From Mobula hypostoma (Eukaryota): 64,000 nt of DNA. The number at the start of each line of letters is the position of its first letter. The first letter of the stretch is position 1. The notes below the pieces were generated by a model. The model was not told the origin of the DNA and did no database searches. It saw only the letters and a program-made list of their open reading frames with translations. The translations under genes and the position numbers were made by a program. Location of the stretch: assembly GCF_963921235.1 (NCBI RefSeq), contig NC_086097.1:20896001-20960000 (forward strand), in the 5' to 3' direction. Below, piece by piece: positions 24,815 to 39,440 of this stretch.

Positions 24815-26010
24815 GCAGGATGGACAAAGCAGTATCAGTAGATGGTGTGTACTTGGCTTTTCAGAAGGCTGTCAACAAGATGTCAAGAGGCTGCTTAAGT
24901 TACAAGCCCATGTTATTACAGGAAAGACAGTAGCATGGATAAAGCAGTGGCTGATTGGCAGGAGGCAAAGAGTGGGAATAAAGGGAGCCTTTTCAGTCTG
25001 GCTGCCGGTGATGAGTGTTTCATAGGGGCCTATGTTGGGATGGCTTCTTTTTACGTTATATGTCAATGACTTGGATGACAGAATTGATGCCTTTGTTGCA
25101 AAGTTGGCAGATGATCTGAAGATAGGTGGAGGGGCAGGTAGTTTTGAGGAAGTAGAGAGGCTACAGAAGGACTTGGATTAGGAGAATGGGCAAAGTGACA
25201 GATGAAACACAGTGTCAGGAAGTATACTGCCATATACTTTGGTAGAAGAAATGAAAGGGTTGACTATTTTCTAAATGGAGAGAAAATTCAAAAATCTGAG
25301 GTGCAAAGGGACTTGGGAGTCCTTGTAAAAGATTTCCTAAAGGTTAATTTGCAGGTTAAGTTGACTTTGAGGAAGGCAAATGCAATGTTAACATTCATTT
25401 CAAGAGAACTAGAATATAAAAATAAGGATGTAATGTTGAGACTTTATAAACCACTGGTGAGGCCTCACTTGGAGTATTGAGAGTAGTTTTGTTCCCTTTA
25501 TCCAAGAAAGGATGTGTTGACATTGGAGAGTGTTCACAAAAATAATTCCAGGATTGAATGGCTTGTCACACGAGCAGCATTTAGTGGTTTTGGGCCTATA
25601 TTAACTGGAATTCAGAAGAATAAGGGGTGACCTCATTGAAACCTATGGAATGCTGAAAGGCCTCAAGAGAATGGATGTGGAGAGGATATTTCCTATGGTG
25701 GAGGAGTCTAAGACCAGAGGACACAGCCTCAGAATAGAGGGCCATCCTTTTAGAATGGAGATTGGGAGGAATTTCTTCAGCCAGAGACTGCTGAATCTGT
25801 GGAATTCGTTGCCACAGTCAGCTGTGGAAGCCAAATCTTTAGGCATATTTAAAGCAGAGGTTGATAGATTCTTGATTAGTCAGGGCATGAAAGGATATGG
25901 GGAGAAGGCAGGAGAATGGGGCCAAGAGGGAATATGGATCAGCTGTGATGAAATGCAGAGCAGACTCAATGGGCCAAATGGCCTAATTCTGCTCCAAAAT
26001 CTTATGGTCT
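24815..26010 (+). mobile_element. CR1 LINE 3' about 1.2 kb (frameshifted RT)
   Basis: [52 protein letters not shown]. Confidence 0.9.
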
Positions 26011-27671
26011 TAATTTCCATCTGGTTCAAGCTCCTTATACTAAGGCAATTTCACTGAATTTTGGGCAAGTTAACATTCCCTACTACTATAATCCTATTGC
26101 TTTTACCTCTTTATGCAATTTGTTTACATACCTGTTCCTCCAATTCTTGTTATATTGATCTGTCTTATTCTTATATTCATTGGGCCTCATTGGACAATCT
26201 CTACAGGTTATCCTCTCTGAATACTGTTGTGACCCTTTCCCTAATCACCAGTGCAATTTCTCCCTCTTTTGCATCCTGCCTGTCAAAACTAAACCATCTG
26301 TATCCTGGAACATTAAGCTGACAGTCCTGTCCTTTACTCAGTTAAGTTTCCATAGTTGAATAATATCACAACTGCATGTAGTGATCCATTTTCTAAGCTC
26401 AACAACTTACCGTGAAGCTTCTACTAAAAGTAAATACTGTTGAGCCTTCAAGTATACCCATGCTTTACAACCCGTGTACTGTACTTGCTCGATTTATCCT
26501 CTCCAATTTGGGTCAATCACCTTAACTGCCATACTATTAGTCTGTCATTCCCTACTCCCACCCACGCCAAATTAGTTAAAAAACCTCCCAATAAACTTGC
26601 CTGCAAATATACTGGCCCCCCCCCTTCAAGTTTGGATGTATCCTGTGTCTGGATGACATCTGACCCCAGCACTGGAATATCCTGGAGTCTTGTTCTAGGC
26701 CACAGAAAACCTGCCTATTCCTCTCACTAATGAGCCCCTTACCACTTTGCTTCACGCTTCCAACTTAGTTAGTATCATTGTATAGAAACAGGCCTTCAGC
26801 CCAATTTTCCATGACAGCCAAGATTTCCATTCAAGCTTGGTCTATATCCTTATAAACCATGGACCCCTCAGTTAATAGTAGAGGGTTCATGACATAAAAA
26901 AGGTTGGAAACTCTTGCACTAAATCTTCTCTATTTCTAGATGTTTTAACTCAAGGCCAGCGGATGCAAATTGATGGTTCTCATTTCTTGATGGACTCGAT
27001 CTTATATTGTTTTAACGGTACTTTTCCATATTCCAGATCTGTGTTCTCAGCAGGCCATTAGGTAATTCAGGCCTTACAACCACTGCTCCAGTATTCATTT
27101 CCTGCCTATGCCATGTCCCTGATAATACAGCAGCATGCAGGTACTAAAGGACAACATGCACAAAGTTGAACAGAGCAACATTTGTCTTCTGCCAGTTAGT
27201 AAACAGTAAGTGATCTGGTTTAGATAGATGGCTACACACATCAGGGATGGATTAGTGTTTATCTGACAAGCCAAAATAGAACATTGTGCTCCTTAAAAGA
27301 ATGCTACAAGACATCTGCGGGAAGCAAACCTAGTCTGTAAACAGCAAAATAAAGAAAGGGTCCACCTACTCACCTGAATCAATGAAGACATCTCTTCCAC
27401 AACCAGATACCTTCAGATCACAATCAGTTATTTTAAAAACATCAGAATAGCAAAAAGTAATGTGAAATTTTAGGACTATTTTTCCCTGACAAGATAACTC
27501 GGAGAAATAAAATTTTCTTAAAATTGCAACGCAGAATAGGCTTTCCTCACACCTTTGAAAATTTCCCAGCAAATTTCTGTTATTTCCTTTGAGATCAATA
27601 ACAACACTAGTTATCTTCTACTTTAGTCATTGCTTAATTCAATTACAAATAGATCAAAAATAGAAACATAC

Positions 27672-27795
27672 TAAGCACGAGATTCTGCAGATGCTGGAAA
27701 TCCAGAGTAACATACACATAATGCTGGAGGGGCTCACTAGGTCAGGCAGTTTCTATGGAAGGGAACAGAATCTACATTTCAGGCCGAGACCTTGG
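27672..27795 (-). mobile_element. Penelope-like terminal repeat fragment
   Basis: gattctgcagatgctggaaatccagag...tttcaggccgagacc. Confidence 0.7.
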
Positions 27796-27859
27796 TGAAG
27801 TATTGAAAATATTGAAAGAACCAGAAGTATTCAATTCAGGTAGAAACAGTTAAATCAAC

Positions 27860-28378
27860 CTTATCCAAGAAAGAAAAATGTGCTGGCATTGGAGAGAGTC
27901 CAGAGGAGGTCCCTGAGAATGATTCCAGGAAAGAAAGGGTTAATGAATGAGGAGCATTTGATGGCTCTGGACCTGTACCTGCTGGAGTTCAGAAGAATGA
28001 GGGAAGGGGGATCTCACTGAAACCTTTTGAATATTGAAAGACCTGGATGGGATGGATGTGGAGAGGATGTTTCCTGTAACAGGGGAGTCTTAGACCAGAA
28101 GGCACAGCCTCAGAACAGAGGGACACTGCTTTAGAACAGATGAGGAGGAATGTCTTTCGCCAGAGGGTGGTGAATCTGTTGGATTCATTGGCACTGATGG
28201 CTGCGGAGGCCAAGTCATTGGGTACATTTAAAGCAGAAGTTGACAGGTTCTTTAGTATGTCAAAAGGTTACCGGGAGAAGACAAGAGAATGGGGTTGAGA
28301 AGTATAATAAATCAGCCACAATGGTGGATCAGAATTAACGGGTGAAATGGCCCTTTTCTGCTCCTATGTCTTATGATC
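27860..28378 (+). mobile_element. CR1 LINE 3' fragment
   Basis: LALERVQRR..QRVVNL and tail ctgctcctatgtcttatg. Confidence 0.8.
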
Positions 28379-28599
28379 TCGACCAACTTCTGATATTTCA
28401 GGTCACTAACCAATTAGGCCTATATTTAAACTGGGATCCTTGAACAGATCAACAAATTATTGGGTCCACCTTGTTTGCAATTGCTTCCAGATGCTCCCTG
28501 GCCTGATTTACTTGCTCATATTTAAAGCTGTGGCTCTTATTACTAATGAACCAGATTGGTTCTTCAACTGGCCTTAATCCACTCTGAACAGAGAGCTTT

Positions 28600-28897
28600 G
28601 AGGGACATATACAGGATGAAAGAATGCAGCTCTTCTAGGAGTGGGGAAATCAAGAACTAGAGCGCACAGGTTTAAAGTGGAAGTGGAAAGATTTAAAAGG
28701 AAGCTAAGGGCAACTTTTTTCCTCCCACTGAGGGTGGTGGGTATATAGAATGCATTACCAAAGTGGCTGAGGTACACAGAAAGGAAAGGTTTAGAGTATA
28801 GGTGAAATGTGGACAAATGGGAGTAGATTAGCTGGGCACCTTGGTCTACAAGGATGAATTGGGCTGAAGGACCTATTTCCATGCTACATTACTCTGA
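28600..28897 (+). mobile_element. CR1 LINE 3' fragment (second subfamily)
   Basis: agaactagagcgcacaggtttaaagtg...gggctgaaggacctatttccatgct. Confidence 0.7.
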
Positions 28898-29809
28898 CTA
28901 TTTGACAACATTTGATTCTTCAGCTTCACCATTTATATTGGCTATTTATATTGTTGCTTTGGACAAGCACCCACTCTTCAGAAAATGGTTCTTTACCACT
29001 AGTTGGGTTCATCAGACTTGCGTTAACCACTTCAATTGTCTCCTCATGATTGAAGATTTCTTGAAAGGGAGTATTTTAATTCATTTTTCAGGACCTGAGT
29101 GTTGCTGACAAGGCCAGCATTTACTGTCTGTCCTCAAGGTGGAGCCAGTGAGGCATCCTTATAAACAAATGCAATAATTCTGAAGATATTCTGATAGCAC
29201 ATAGTTGCACAAGTCATATGGGAATTTAGAAACAGCAAAGAACTACTGCCATTTACAAATCATAATGGTGTGAGACTGAGAACCTGCAGGAAGTGGTGTG
29301 CCCATGCCCTTGCCAGTACAACTTTGGCAGGAGCTACAGTAGTCCAAGTGACGTGCATTCTGTAGGTAGTGATACACACAGTTGCCATTGTGTGCTGCGA
29401 AACAGGTGATTGTTTAGAATAGTTTATACTGTGCCAAACAGGCCACGTTTACCTTAATGATGCCAGGCTTCCAGTGCTCTAACAGCTGTTGACTGGAGTT
29501 ATCTGAGGTGGGATGTAGACTACTGTCAAGACAGCTGAAGTGAACTCCCATTGCAGATAGTATGGGTGACACTTTACATTAGATATGACAAAATGGCTGA
29601 GCAGAAGCTTTTCCAGAACTATCGCATCAAGCTGCAGACCCCTAATGCCTCAGACTTTGCCCGAGGATGTCATATGTTCCATCCAGTAAACTGAGAAGCT
29701 CTTGGGTTGAGTGACACAATCAGATGAAGCAACTGTAAGTCACATTTCAGTGAGACATAGCACACAGCAATGCCTCCGTTCTCTTTGTTATGTCAGTCTT
29801 GTCCTTAGC

Positions 29810-29930
29810 CCTGAAGGATCTCGGCCTGAAACCTTGACTGTTTACCGTTTTTCATAGATGCTGCCTGCCTGCTGAGTTCCTCCACCATTTTGTGTGTGTT
29901 GTTTTGGATCTCCAGCATCTGCAGACTATG
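29810..29930 (+). mobile_element. Penelope-like terminal repeat, hammerhead core partly deleted
   Basis: cctgaaggatctcggcctgaaaccttgactg...gctgagttcctcc...ccagcatctgcaga. Confidence 0.7.
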
Positions 29931-32389
29931 TTTACCCTTAGTTCAACTTTGTTCTTGATAGCCTGAAAATTAACAAATGTTTGAGTGGGGTGGGGGGGGG
30001 GGGGGGGATTGAACCTTCATTGTTATAGCCTCACCTGCAGCCCAGTCCTCTTACCATGCATTCGAGATAAGTAGCTGCATCTAGTTAGTCTAATTGAAAG
30101 TTTTCTCGTCCATCGAAAAAAGTTTGAGATGATAGCTTCACTACGTCATAAGCCTCAACGCTGCTGTTTTGTGTGATTCAAGCTGATAAAAATTATTTGT
30201 ATTTTTTTAATGGCTCATTTGAAGAAATTGAGCCCCATTCATTTCTATTGAAAGAAACACTCCAAAATATTGTGGCTGCATGGGGGGGGGGGGTGCGGAA
30301 GAAAGGGAGGGAGGAAATGCCTGATACTGATGCTCAGGTCATCTTGAATGTAGGGCAGGTCTAATCAACTTTGCCTCCAAATTACACATTTGCAAATCTT
30401 GTGAATTTTAAGGCAGAAAAAAAAAACCTTTGTAGGAACATGGCATTGTATTTTGACCACGAGTTTCATGTGTAATGTTTATCACAACTTAAGACGTTTT
30501 GCAAGAACCGGAATGAAGACATCTAACGAGCTCCCATGTGTAGGAGTATTGCGATCATTATCTTTGTGAAGAGAAATACCTGGACTTACAATATAAAATA
30601 AACACAATAAGGGCTACGGATTGATCTTTGTTTATCTTAGTTTATCCTCTGACCAAAAGCAGCCCAGGTGCAACTGTTTCATTCAAGACTACGTGCACCA
30701 AGTCATTTTCAGAGAATGACAATAATGTCATAAGGTTAAATTTAGTCCAAAACGTTTGGTAATTTTTTTAAAAAAGGAAGCTCTACTATCCAAAAAGCAA
30801 CTACAATGTACTGGAATAAAAATAGAAAATGTTGGGAAAACTCAGTAGCTACAAAAAGTGAAACAGATAATGTTTCAGGTCAAAGATCTCTTCACTGTTT
30901 CTTTCCGCTGATGCTGCCCAACCTACTGATTTTCCTGCATTTTGTTTTATTTCAAATCACCAGCATTAGCACTTTATTTAATTTACAATATACAGGATAA
31001 ATTGGTTGTTTTATACACTCCTATAACTAGTTTATTAGAAGCACTTCTCCATTGCACCAATTCCATTAAGAAAAAAAACAATTAAGTCATTTCATATGGT
31101 AAAACAAACTATTCGAAATACATAGATGCTACCTTTCTTGCTGACAGGGGAGAAAAAGTCAATTTTTAATTGATGACTGAAAGATCAACCTGAACTTCTC
31201 TCCCCATTCATGCCATCTAACCTGCTAAATATTTCCAGTACCTGCAGTTTTTTTCTATTACCATGACGTACAGAGATATAGCTATTAATGTTGAATATTC
31301 AAATAGAAATGTTTATGCATTCCTTCAGCAATACACTGTTCACTTTCCACAATTTTATTCATAATTCAAACACACCAGTTCTTCATACTGGGGGATTTCA
31401 CTTGATAATCTGATGACTTCATCCAAGGACAAGTATCTTGCTGTCAGCTGGGATGCCCAAAAGTAAAGATAGATAATCACAACAGGAGTAAGCATAAATG
31501 TTCCAGGAGATGTAAATTGATAGAGCCACAGATGACATTAGGGAAAATTCCCAAAAAGTTTATTTGAAAAAGCTTCCCAAAAAGAGACAGAAAAACAGAT
31601 CAGGGAGCATTCCTAAGCTGAGGACTTTTCTATCTAAAAGCACAATCACAAATAGTTTAATCAATAAATTTGGGAATTATCACCAAATTCTATAGCATGG
31701 TAAGCAGAAAATTATGAGGGGCACAGATAGTGAGAAACCTTTCACTTAGCTGAGATGTTCATGGCCAGAGCTTTAAGGGGTGGATGATCTAGAGGGGATT
31801 TGAGGAAGAATTTCAGCCACTCTGGGTGAAAAAATCTGGAACAAACTGTTTAAAAGTAAGATACTCTAACATTCAAGTATTTCGATGAACATTAAGTATC
31901 AAGGCCTAGAAAATTACAAGCTGAGAATGCTAGAAATGGAATTCCTACAGATCCTTATTTGATGGCTGGTATCAACACGGTGGGCCAAATAGCTAATTTC
32001 TGTTGTATAACTGACTCCAGTAGGTCCCTTGGCTTGTTTCACCAAAACTACCACAGAATCCAACTGGAAACAAATCTCAATCTGGAAACAAATCCTGTTC
32101 ATGCTCATGCTAAACTGTAGTTAGAAATGTTTCAACTTTCCAAAGAATAAATTTTAGATTTCTTTTTCTGGTGGTTCCCTTTGATTAAATATGGCAATCA
32201 ATTCAATTCATCCAGAATACTAACTCAATCCAGTCAAATATCACCCTCCTCTGAGTATGTTCTGCAGCCAATGAGACATTCTCTACACAGCAAGGAAACA
32301 TGACTCTGACACCGCTTTCACTGCCACAGAATCTCCTGTCTATCCCATAGCTGTTGAGTCTTCTATCACTATCGCTCTGCCTGACTTTA

Positions 32390-32715
32390 GAATGTTTCCA
32401 AAGCTTGGAGTGTCCAAGCCCAAATCGCAGAGCTTCAAAATACAACATTATCCCTTTAGAGCCAGTGAGGCAGAATTTCTTTAGCCAGAGGCTGGTGAAT
32501 ATGTGGAATTCATTGCCACAGAGAGCTGTGGAGGCCAAGCCATTGGGCAAGTTTAAAGCTGAGGTTGACAGGTTCTTGATTAGTAAAGGCACCAAAAGGT
32601 CATGGGAAGAAGGCGGGAGAATAGTGTTGAGAGGGGTAATAAGTTAGCCATGATTGAATGGCAGAGCAGATTTGATGGGCCAAATGCCTAATTCTGTTCC
32701 TATTTCTACTGGTCT
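32390..32715 (+). mobile_element. CR1 LINE 3' fragment
   Basis: RQNFFSQRLVNMWNSLPQRAVEAK..EVDRFLISKG. Confidence 0.8.
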
Positions 32716-33539
32716 TACAGTCTTTACCCTTCCTGCTGAGCCATATTTACACAAACTTCAAGCTGTTTTTCCAGCCACAAACAAGAATTCATGGGAACTT
32801 GAAAAAGGAAGCCTGCTTCAGGCAAGAATAAACTCAATGACACTGACTGGAGATATACCGCGAACTCTCTTGTAAGAAGATTCCTTCACTGCACATTTCC
32901 ATTTATGGTTTAGCTAGCTGTGTAATCAAAATCCCAACTGAAGTATAGTACTTTTTTTTTGAAGTCTCAAGTTGCAGCATATTTCAGATCAAAGCAGTTC
33001 AAGAGCAAGTCAACCTGTTTATGTTCAAACCTGCAGTTGGAAGCAGTAACTCATTGGAATTCCATGCTTCTTTTGGAGAGCAATTGATCAAACAGGGAAA
33101 GCAAACAGATGATCCCCCTCCATCGAACCACTGCTGGTTCCCTATGGATCTCTGGTGGTTTTATACACAATGTAGCTAGAAGACTTAAAAAATATGTATA
33201 CACAACAACTCAGAAACCTCCCCACAACACCCCACCCCCCCAAACTTGCATGCCCACCAGAGAATGCATTTCTCCTCCGGCAGAAGCAGCTTTAGTATAC
33301 AAAATTTGATAGGTATGCCTCAGGAGATCAAGTATTGAAATAAAGCCTTTCAAACCTTATGCACGATCCTGCTCTCTGGCATGATAATGGCAATTGAGGG
33401 ACTGGATTTCAGCACTGAGAATTCAAATGGAGCTTGAAATGTCCCTGCTACTTAAAATTCAGGACAAGGACTTGTACTTGTTTTAACGCTTATGTTTTTA
33501 AACCTGCAGTTTGCCTTTTTTATAAATAAAGAAAAGATC

Positions 33540-33820
33540 AGCTTTGTCACATGTACATCAAAACAGTGAAGTGTGTTGCTTTTGCACCAAACCACAAAAG
33601 CAAGGATTGTGCTAGGCAGGCCACATGTCGCTACGCTTCTGGCACCAACATAGCATGCCCACACTCTTAATGTATATTTTTATAGTCTGGGAGAAAACCA
33701 GAGCACCTGGAGGAAACCCAGAGTAAGTCACGGGGAGAATGTACAAACTCCTTGCAGGCAGCAAAGGGAATTGAACCCCGATCGGCAAAAGCTGGTGCTG
33801 TAAATGACTATGCTACCAAG
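33540..33820 (-). mobile_element. V-SINE with LINE-like tail
   Basis: gggagaaaccagagcacctggaggaaaccca is the reverse complement of the V-domain. Confidence 0.7.
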
Positions 33821-36800
33821 CTGTCTTTAACATCTAAAGTACAGATACCAGAATGCTAGTGCTGCAAGTTAACTTAAAACTGTTACCCTGCAGATTCACT
33901 AGGAGACCATAGAATGACTGTATGAACACTGAACCGTGCTGTGGATTGCGGTGGAGAAGCTGTCCCCATGTGAAGCCGTTCCTCAGCAGGTTCTGTATCA
34001 TTCCAATGTGCGGCAGCTTAAGCAGGTATTTAAGATTAATGTTAAAGCTCACACATTCACATTTAGTAAGCTCAATCAAAATTTAAGGATATTTGCCAAA
34101 TTCTACCTTTTCTACTCTATCCCCACTCACAGTACTGGGTTTTTTAAAACTACGTTCAGGCTTAGAATTTTCAATACTAGCTCATGGGGGGTTCACCTGA
34201 GCAAAGGGAAAAAAAAAATCACCCATAAATTTCCTTATGAACCGTTTATGCAATTTTCCATTAAAATATTTGAATTAGTGTGAGAAACACTTTGATTGAT
34301 GGATAAAGAACCAAAGAGAATGAGGTTCAGACTCTTGTTTAAATGGCAAGGTCACAGAATTCTGACTGATGGAAGTTAGAAGCAGTTTTCACAAACACTA
34401 TCAATCATTACATCTGACTTTCAACTTGGTGCCTTGGGAAAAATTAGCCATCAAGGGGACTCTCTGATTTCCCTTTTCAAAATTATGTTTTTCTAATATG
34501 CATCCTTGCCAAATAGTTTTTTTTACATAATAAATGTACTTCCAACTCAAACACGAGCAATTGTTACTGCAATAAATTCTGCAAAAACAAAATCTGTAGA
34601 AGAGAATGGACATTGCAGAGGCAATTTTCCAGCAAAATGATGAAGGGGCAAATTCCCTTCCCTTCATGAGCAGGACAGAATTAATATTCTCCTTAAAGTA
34701 GTTTTTTGGCCATTTTACAACCCTCTACATTGAATTTAAAGATGTATACTCATGGTTTCTGCTAATCCAAACCAATTCCTTGGAGTTCAAAATGCGTCTT
34801 TCTCTTGTGCCCCAAAATTTGTTTCGGAGGCAGAGATTATGTAGTAGTTATACAACCCTCCCTTCCTGAGGCTAAAAAACAGACACAAACGATGTCTGCT
34901 ACTTTTGTAGCTTGCCACATGCAAGCAGCTTTGCTGCCAGAAGTTCTATATATGGATGAGAAGAAATGATCCAGGAAAAGCAACTGGTAAATTGCCACTA
35001 ATGACAATGGAAATGCCCAAAATTCACAAGCAGCCACAATCTTTGAAAAGCTACTCCAGGTAGAGGGGCCCTGTAAGTTAGGAGAAGGCATCCTCCCACA
35101 AAAAAAGTACCCAACTTCTATGGCCATCTGCTCCCATTCCATTTTACAACCATTTCAAGATTGTGAAATAAACCTATGCAAAGTTTACCAACGCAGTTTT
35201 TTTTTAAAGCAGACTATTTTATTTATTTTAATCTGCTCCAGTCATCAATTTATTAAGTGAAAATGAGGTAAAATGACAAAGTACATGCTAATTAACAGAT
35301 TATCTAAAACTTACCTGGACTTGGAAAACTATTCAAGGTAGCATAAATTAGAAAAGTGGCTTTTCAACAGTGCAGCAACCAATTGATTTTCCATCACCTT
35401 CCATAAGGTTCCACTGGGCATCCATCAAAAATGAATGACCCCTTACCCAGAAATTACAGACCCTAGGTCTAGTCTCTCCAGCTAAAGGAACCAGCCACAT
35501 CAACTATCATCCCATTTCAGAATGTTGTACATTTCAATGACATCAAACCTCATTTGAACTACCCAGGTATATTCCTAATCCCTTACGGTTCAACATGATT
35601 ACCCTCAAAATCCTGCAGTTGAATGCAGTGTATAACCATCAGTCCATTTTCCTTTGGCAAGACACCATTCTAGGCGTGGCCTTCTTAACAAACGCATTGA
35701 ACAAGATTTCTTATCCTTGTGCTCCAAACCCCTAGTAAAAGGGCAACATATCTTTGTTTGCTGCTGCTGCAAGTCCATGATATATTTTGTGCAATAGCTC
35801 TTCCAGATCTGTCTGAAAACCAACATTAGCTCCACTATTTAGATATAGTTTTGCTAATTTTCCTACCAAATAATCCAATTTTCTCACATTAAGCTCACTG
35901 CCACCTGTTCACCCTCACACGATCTGAATGCCTTGGCAACTCACTTGCCAAACTTTTGCCAGCAAATTACATGAAAGGGTTGAGCACAGTTATTACCATA
36001 ATCTGTAAAATGCTGAGGGCATTGTACTGATCCTCAATGTATTCTGTGGGTAACATCACAACTCCCACTGTGGCGTCCAAGTGATCTCAATTTAAGTTAA
36101 TAAATGTAAAGCCAAGGTCAGTACCCAACATCAACACAAAGTGCAAACCTCAGGATTTAATTCAATATCTAGATTCTTAATGTAATAACTCAGAGTTCTG
36201 ATCTGCCATACTAAGCGTCGACAACTCGAACAGTTGAACAATAGGACGACAGAATTTAAGCCTGAATTTACACCACACAAGACAGCTGCCAAACTTCAAA
36301 AGTTAGTAAAGTTCCCAAATTCATGGAGCATAATCGTGAGTAAACTAGAAAAGTCAAGATTGTAGGTATCCTGCTTCCAGATGAATGGGGGGGGGGGGAG
36401 AGAGAAGAGAACTATAGTTCCATTTTAGCTGCACTGATCACCCAAATACCAACAAAACACAAATGGATGCAAATCATCTTCAATACTGAGATGAAGATAC
36501 TACAGATAACCGAGAAACAGTTAAAACCAGAATGAAATTGTTAAAATACTGATTACAGATTTCACAAGAAATATTATTCATCCACTATTCCGTAGATTTC
36601 CCAGTTTATAAAAAATCAGCACAAAGCATGAACTTTGTACTTCCTCACCATTCAATTGTAGCCAAGTTACCCAACTACATAATTTTTTAAAAAGAGACAT
36701 CCATTGTTACCTTACACCAAGATTAAAATACTCATCTGCTCCAAGCACACAAACTCCTTACATCATTTCCGATTCGCAGCTTGTACAAATCATTAAATGA

Positions 36801-37159
36801 TACTATTTCTTTCCAAATTAAATGTCTATTTGATCTTTTAATCTAAAAAGGTGTCTTGATTCTTTACAGGGCAACAGGTGGCCAACAAGAGACAGAGTGT
36901 GGACGTTATGGAGAAAAAAAGTACATCTTTTGATAATTTTACTTCTTCAGAGTGGGAAATAACCATCTTGAGGCATTTCTTGGTATCAGAGCCACACTTT
37001 TGTTGAAAATTCAGTGCAACTGAAGTTGTAGAAAGCCATGCTACCTTTAGGATCAGGAGACCGCATCTAATACAAATGAGAGAACCAACTCCAATTTAGG
37101 ATGAAAGGCAAGCCCTACAAAAACCTCTGGGAGAATGCAGAAATCATGGTATGAACATT

Positions 37160-37545
37160 GATTCTATCTGGGCAACCTCCAAACTGATGGCATGAACATC
37201 GGTTTCTCTAGCTTTCAGTAATTTCCACCCTCCCCCCCCTTTTTCATTTTCCATTCTGGATACCCTCCAACTCCTTCCCTTCTCACCTGCCCATCACCAG
37301 CCTCCAGTGCCCCTCCTCGGCTATCCCCCATCCCCCTATCACTTCCCAGCTTCTCACTTTACTCCCCCTCCCCTCACCTGCTTTCACCCATCACTAGGCA
37401 CCTCCACCCCGTCCCCCTACCTTCTTATCCTGGCTTCTTTCCCCTTCCTTTCCAACCCTGAAGGGTCTCACCTGAAACATCAACTGTTTATTCCTCTCCA
37501 TACTCGCTACCTGTCCTGCTGAGCTCCTCCAGCATTTTGTGTTGC
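37160..37545 (+). mobile_element. Penelope-like 3' fragment
   Basis: YLGNLQTDGMNIGFS (GIY-YIG end), C/T-rich UTR, degenerate terminal repeat. Confidence 0.75.
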
Positions 37546-38109
37546 TGTGGGTCAAAAGCTTGTTATTGTGTTGTACTATGCTGCCCTATTATGCAGCCCA
37601 TAACATCTAATATCTCAAGTCACTTGCTCCGATAATCCATATACCCACTCCCTGAACCATCTTCCATGGCTTTTGTGGTGAATACAAATAAGAATGTGTT
37701 TAAGAGTTCACCCATATTCCGAGCTCCACACAAAAATGACCCTTTTGCTCCCCAAAGGAACTTACTACTAGATACTTGTCCTGAAAGACTTACAAAATAC
37801 TTCATACAAAATCACCTCTCCAAAAGGTATTCCAGCAGGAATCATTGCAACAGACACTCTAAACTACCTTATCCTGCTGACTTAGTTTCAAACATTAGGA
37901 CCTTAGAATATTGAAACTAATAAATTAGAAACTTAACCTCTGAAGCCAGCAGATTTCAGTTACTAACAAAACATTCCCAATGGAACAGAATCCTTAAATA
38001 CATGTGGTGCCAAAATTCTGGGAAGCCGAAAACAGTATAAAATATGTTCACTTTTCATTCACTAATAATTTCAAACCCCAAGTTGTTAAATATAGCACAT
38101 ATGCAGTGT

Positions 38110-39440
38110 TCAAGTTTGTTTAATGTTATTTCCAGTACACAACTGTAAAGCACTTGTTACTCTGGATTCACTAAAGCATGAAGAAACATCTTTAAGCACA
38201 ATAACAAAAAACAATAAATATGAATACATAAGATAGCTTATATACGTAGATTGCATGTCTGTAAAGTGATGCTAGGCACAGGAGTATTTGTATGCAAGGT
38301 GACTGACTGGAAATGATAAAATAGTGGTGGTTTGGGATGCAGAGGGGTTAGTTAGTGGGTGGAGGTGTTGATCAACCTTACTGCTTGGGGAAAGCAACTG
38401 TTTTGGAGTTAGGTAGTCCTGGCATTGGTGCTATGTAGACTCCTTTCTGATGGGAGTTGATGAGCAGTTAAGGTGAGATCCTTCATGTTGTTACTGGACC
38501 TTTTCTGACATCTTTCTGTATATACCAAAGACATTGTTCTTTTTAAATTTTTTTTAAATAATCACAAGACCCTGCTGAACATTAAAAACTTGAAGCACTG
38601 CAGGACTTATCCCATCAGCAAATTGCTCGTTGGCAGAGAAACTGAAGGAACTGGACTTGATGAGGATTGTGCTGCTGTCTGTGTCACAGATATGTCAGAG
38701 GAGTCAGCATTCGAAGGTAGTGTGCAGTCCAACAGTGAGTGATCGTCTTAGTCACTTTTCTTGTGATCGCAAGACCCTGTTAGACATTATTAATGTGGAA
38801 TGCTGCAAATTCGATTCACTGATTTATTGGTGGATGTCAGGGGAGCCACATGGCCTCAGTTGTTGTAAGGATGAGGCTTTAAACTGTGGCGTCACCCATT
38901 TACAGCCACCTAGGAGAGAGGTGGAGTCGGAGTGCTCCATCGGAGGTGGTGTGGTGTGCTGTCCAAGCTGGAGTCCGTGTTGCCCGGCAGTGTTTGCTCG
39001 GCAGAAAACAGCTGTATTGTGTTTAACTGCATATTGCTGCAACATTCACGGACTCAGGGTCTTGGACGATACTTTTTTGTGAGACTATTTTACTGCTGTC
39101 TTATTTGTGCTTGCTACTTGATTGTGTTATACATGCCTTGTGCTATGAGACTGTTGGTGCTGTGTTTTGAACCTTGTCCCCAAGCTAACACTGTTTCGTA
39201 TGGCCATATTCATGTATGGTTGAATGACAATTAAACTTGAACTATATGTCCTTGATGGTGGATTGGCTGGTGCCAGTAATACATTGGGCAGTTTTGACTA
39301 CCCATTGTAGAGCCTTCTTGCCCACTGCAGCACGTTCGGCTGGTCTCTACTGCACATCTGTAGGATGATGCAGGATGATGCAAGTACTGATGACCATATT
39401 CAAGCTCTCTTCAGCATTCTCAGAAAGTAAACAATACTCC
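38110..39440 (-). mobile_element. Rex1-type LINE fragment split by an unclassified ~720-bp plus-strand insertion (38525-39242)
   Basis: Rex1-like sequence ...ctttctgtatata resumes as tatatgtccttgatggtgg after the insert, which ends gaatgacaattaaacttgaac. Confidence 0.55.

Noticed and set aside
30125..30190. C/D box snoRNA (gatgatag...ctga)
   Set aside because: Box C is non-consensus, there is no clear terminal stem, and it is antisense to the host gene
35309..35460. Perfect minus-strand donor CAG|GTAAGT as the missing SPTLC2 exon
   Set aside because: Upstream sequence has no SPT homology and no convincing acceptor
38630..39082. 150-aa ORF
   Set aside because: Non-ATG start, no recognisable domain, lies within a repeat insertion
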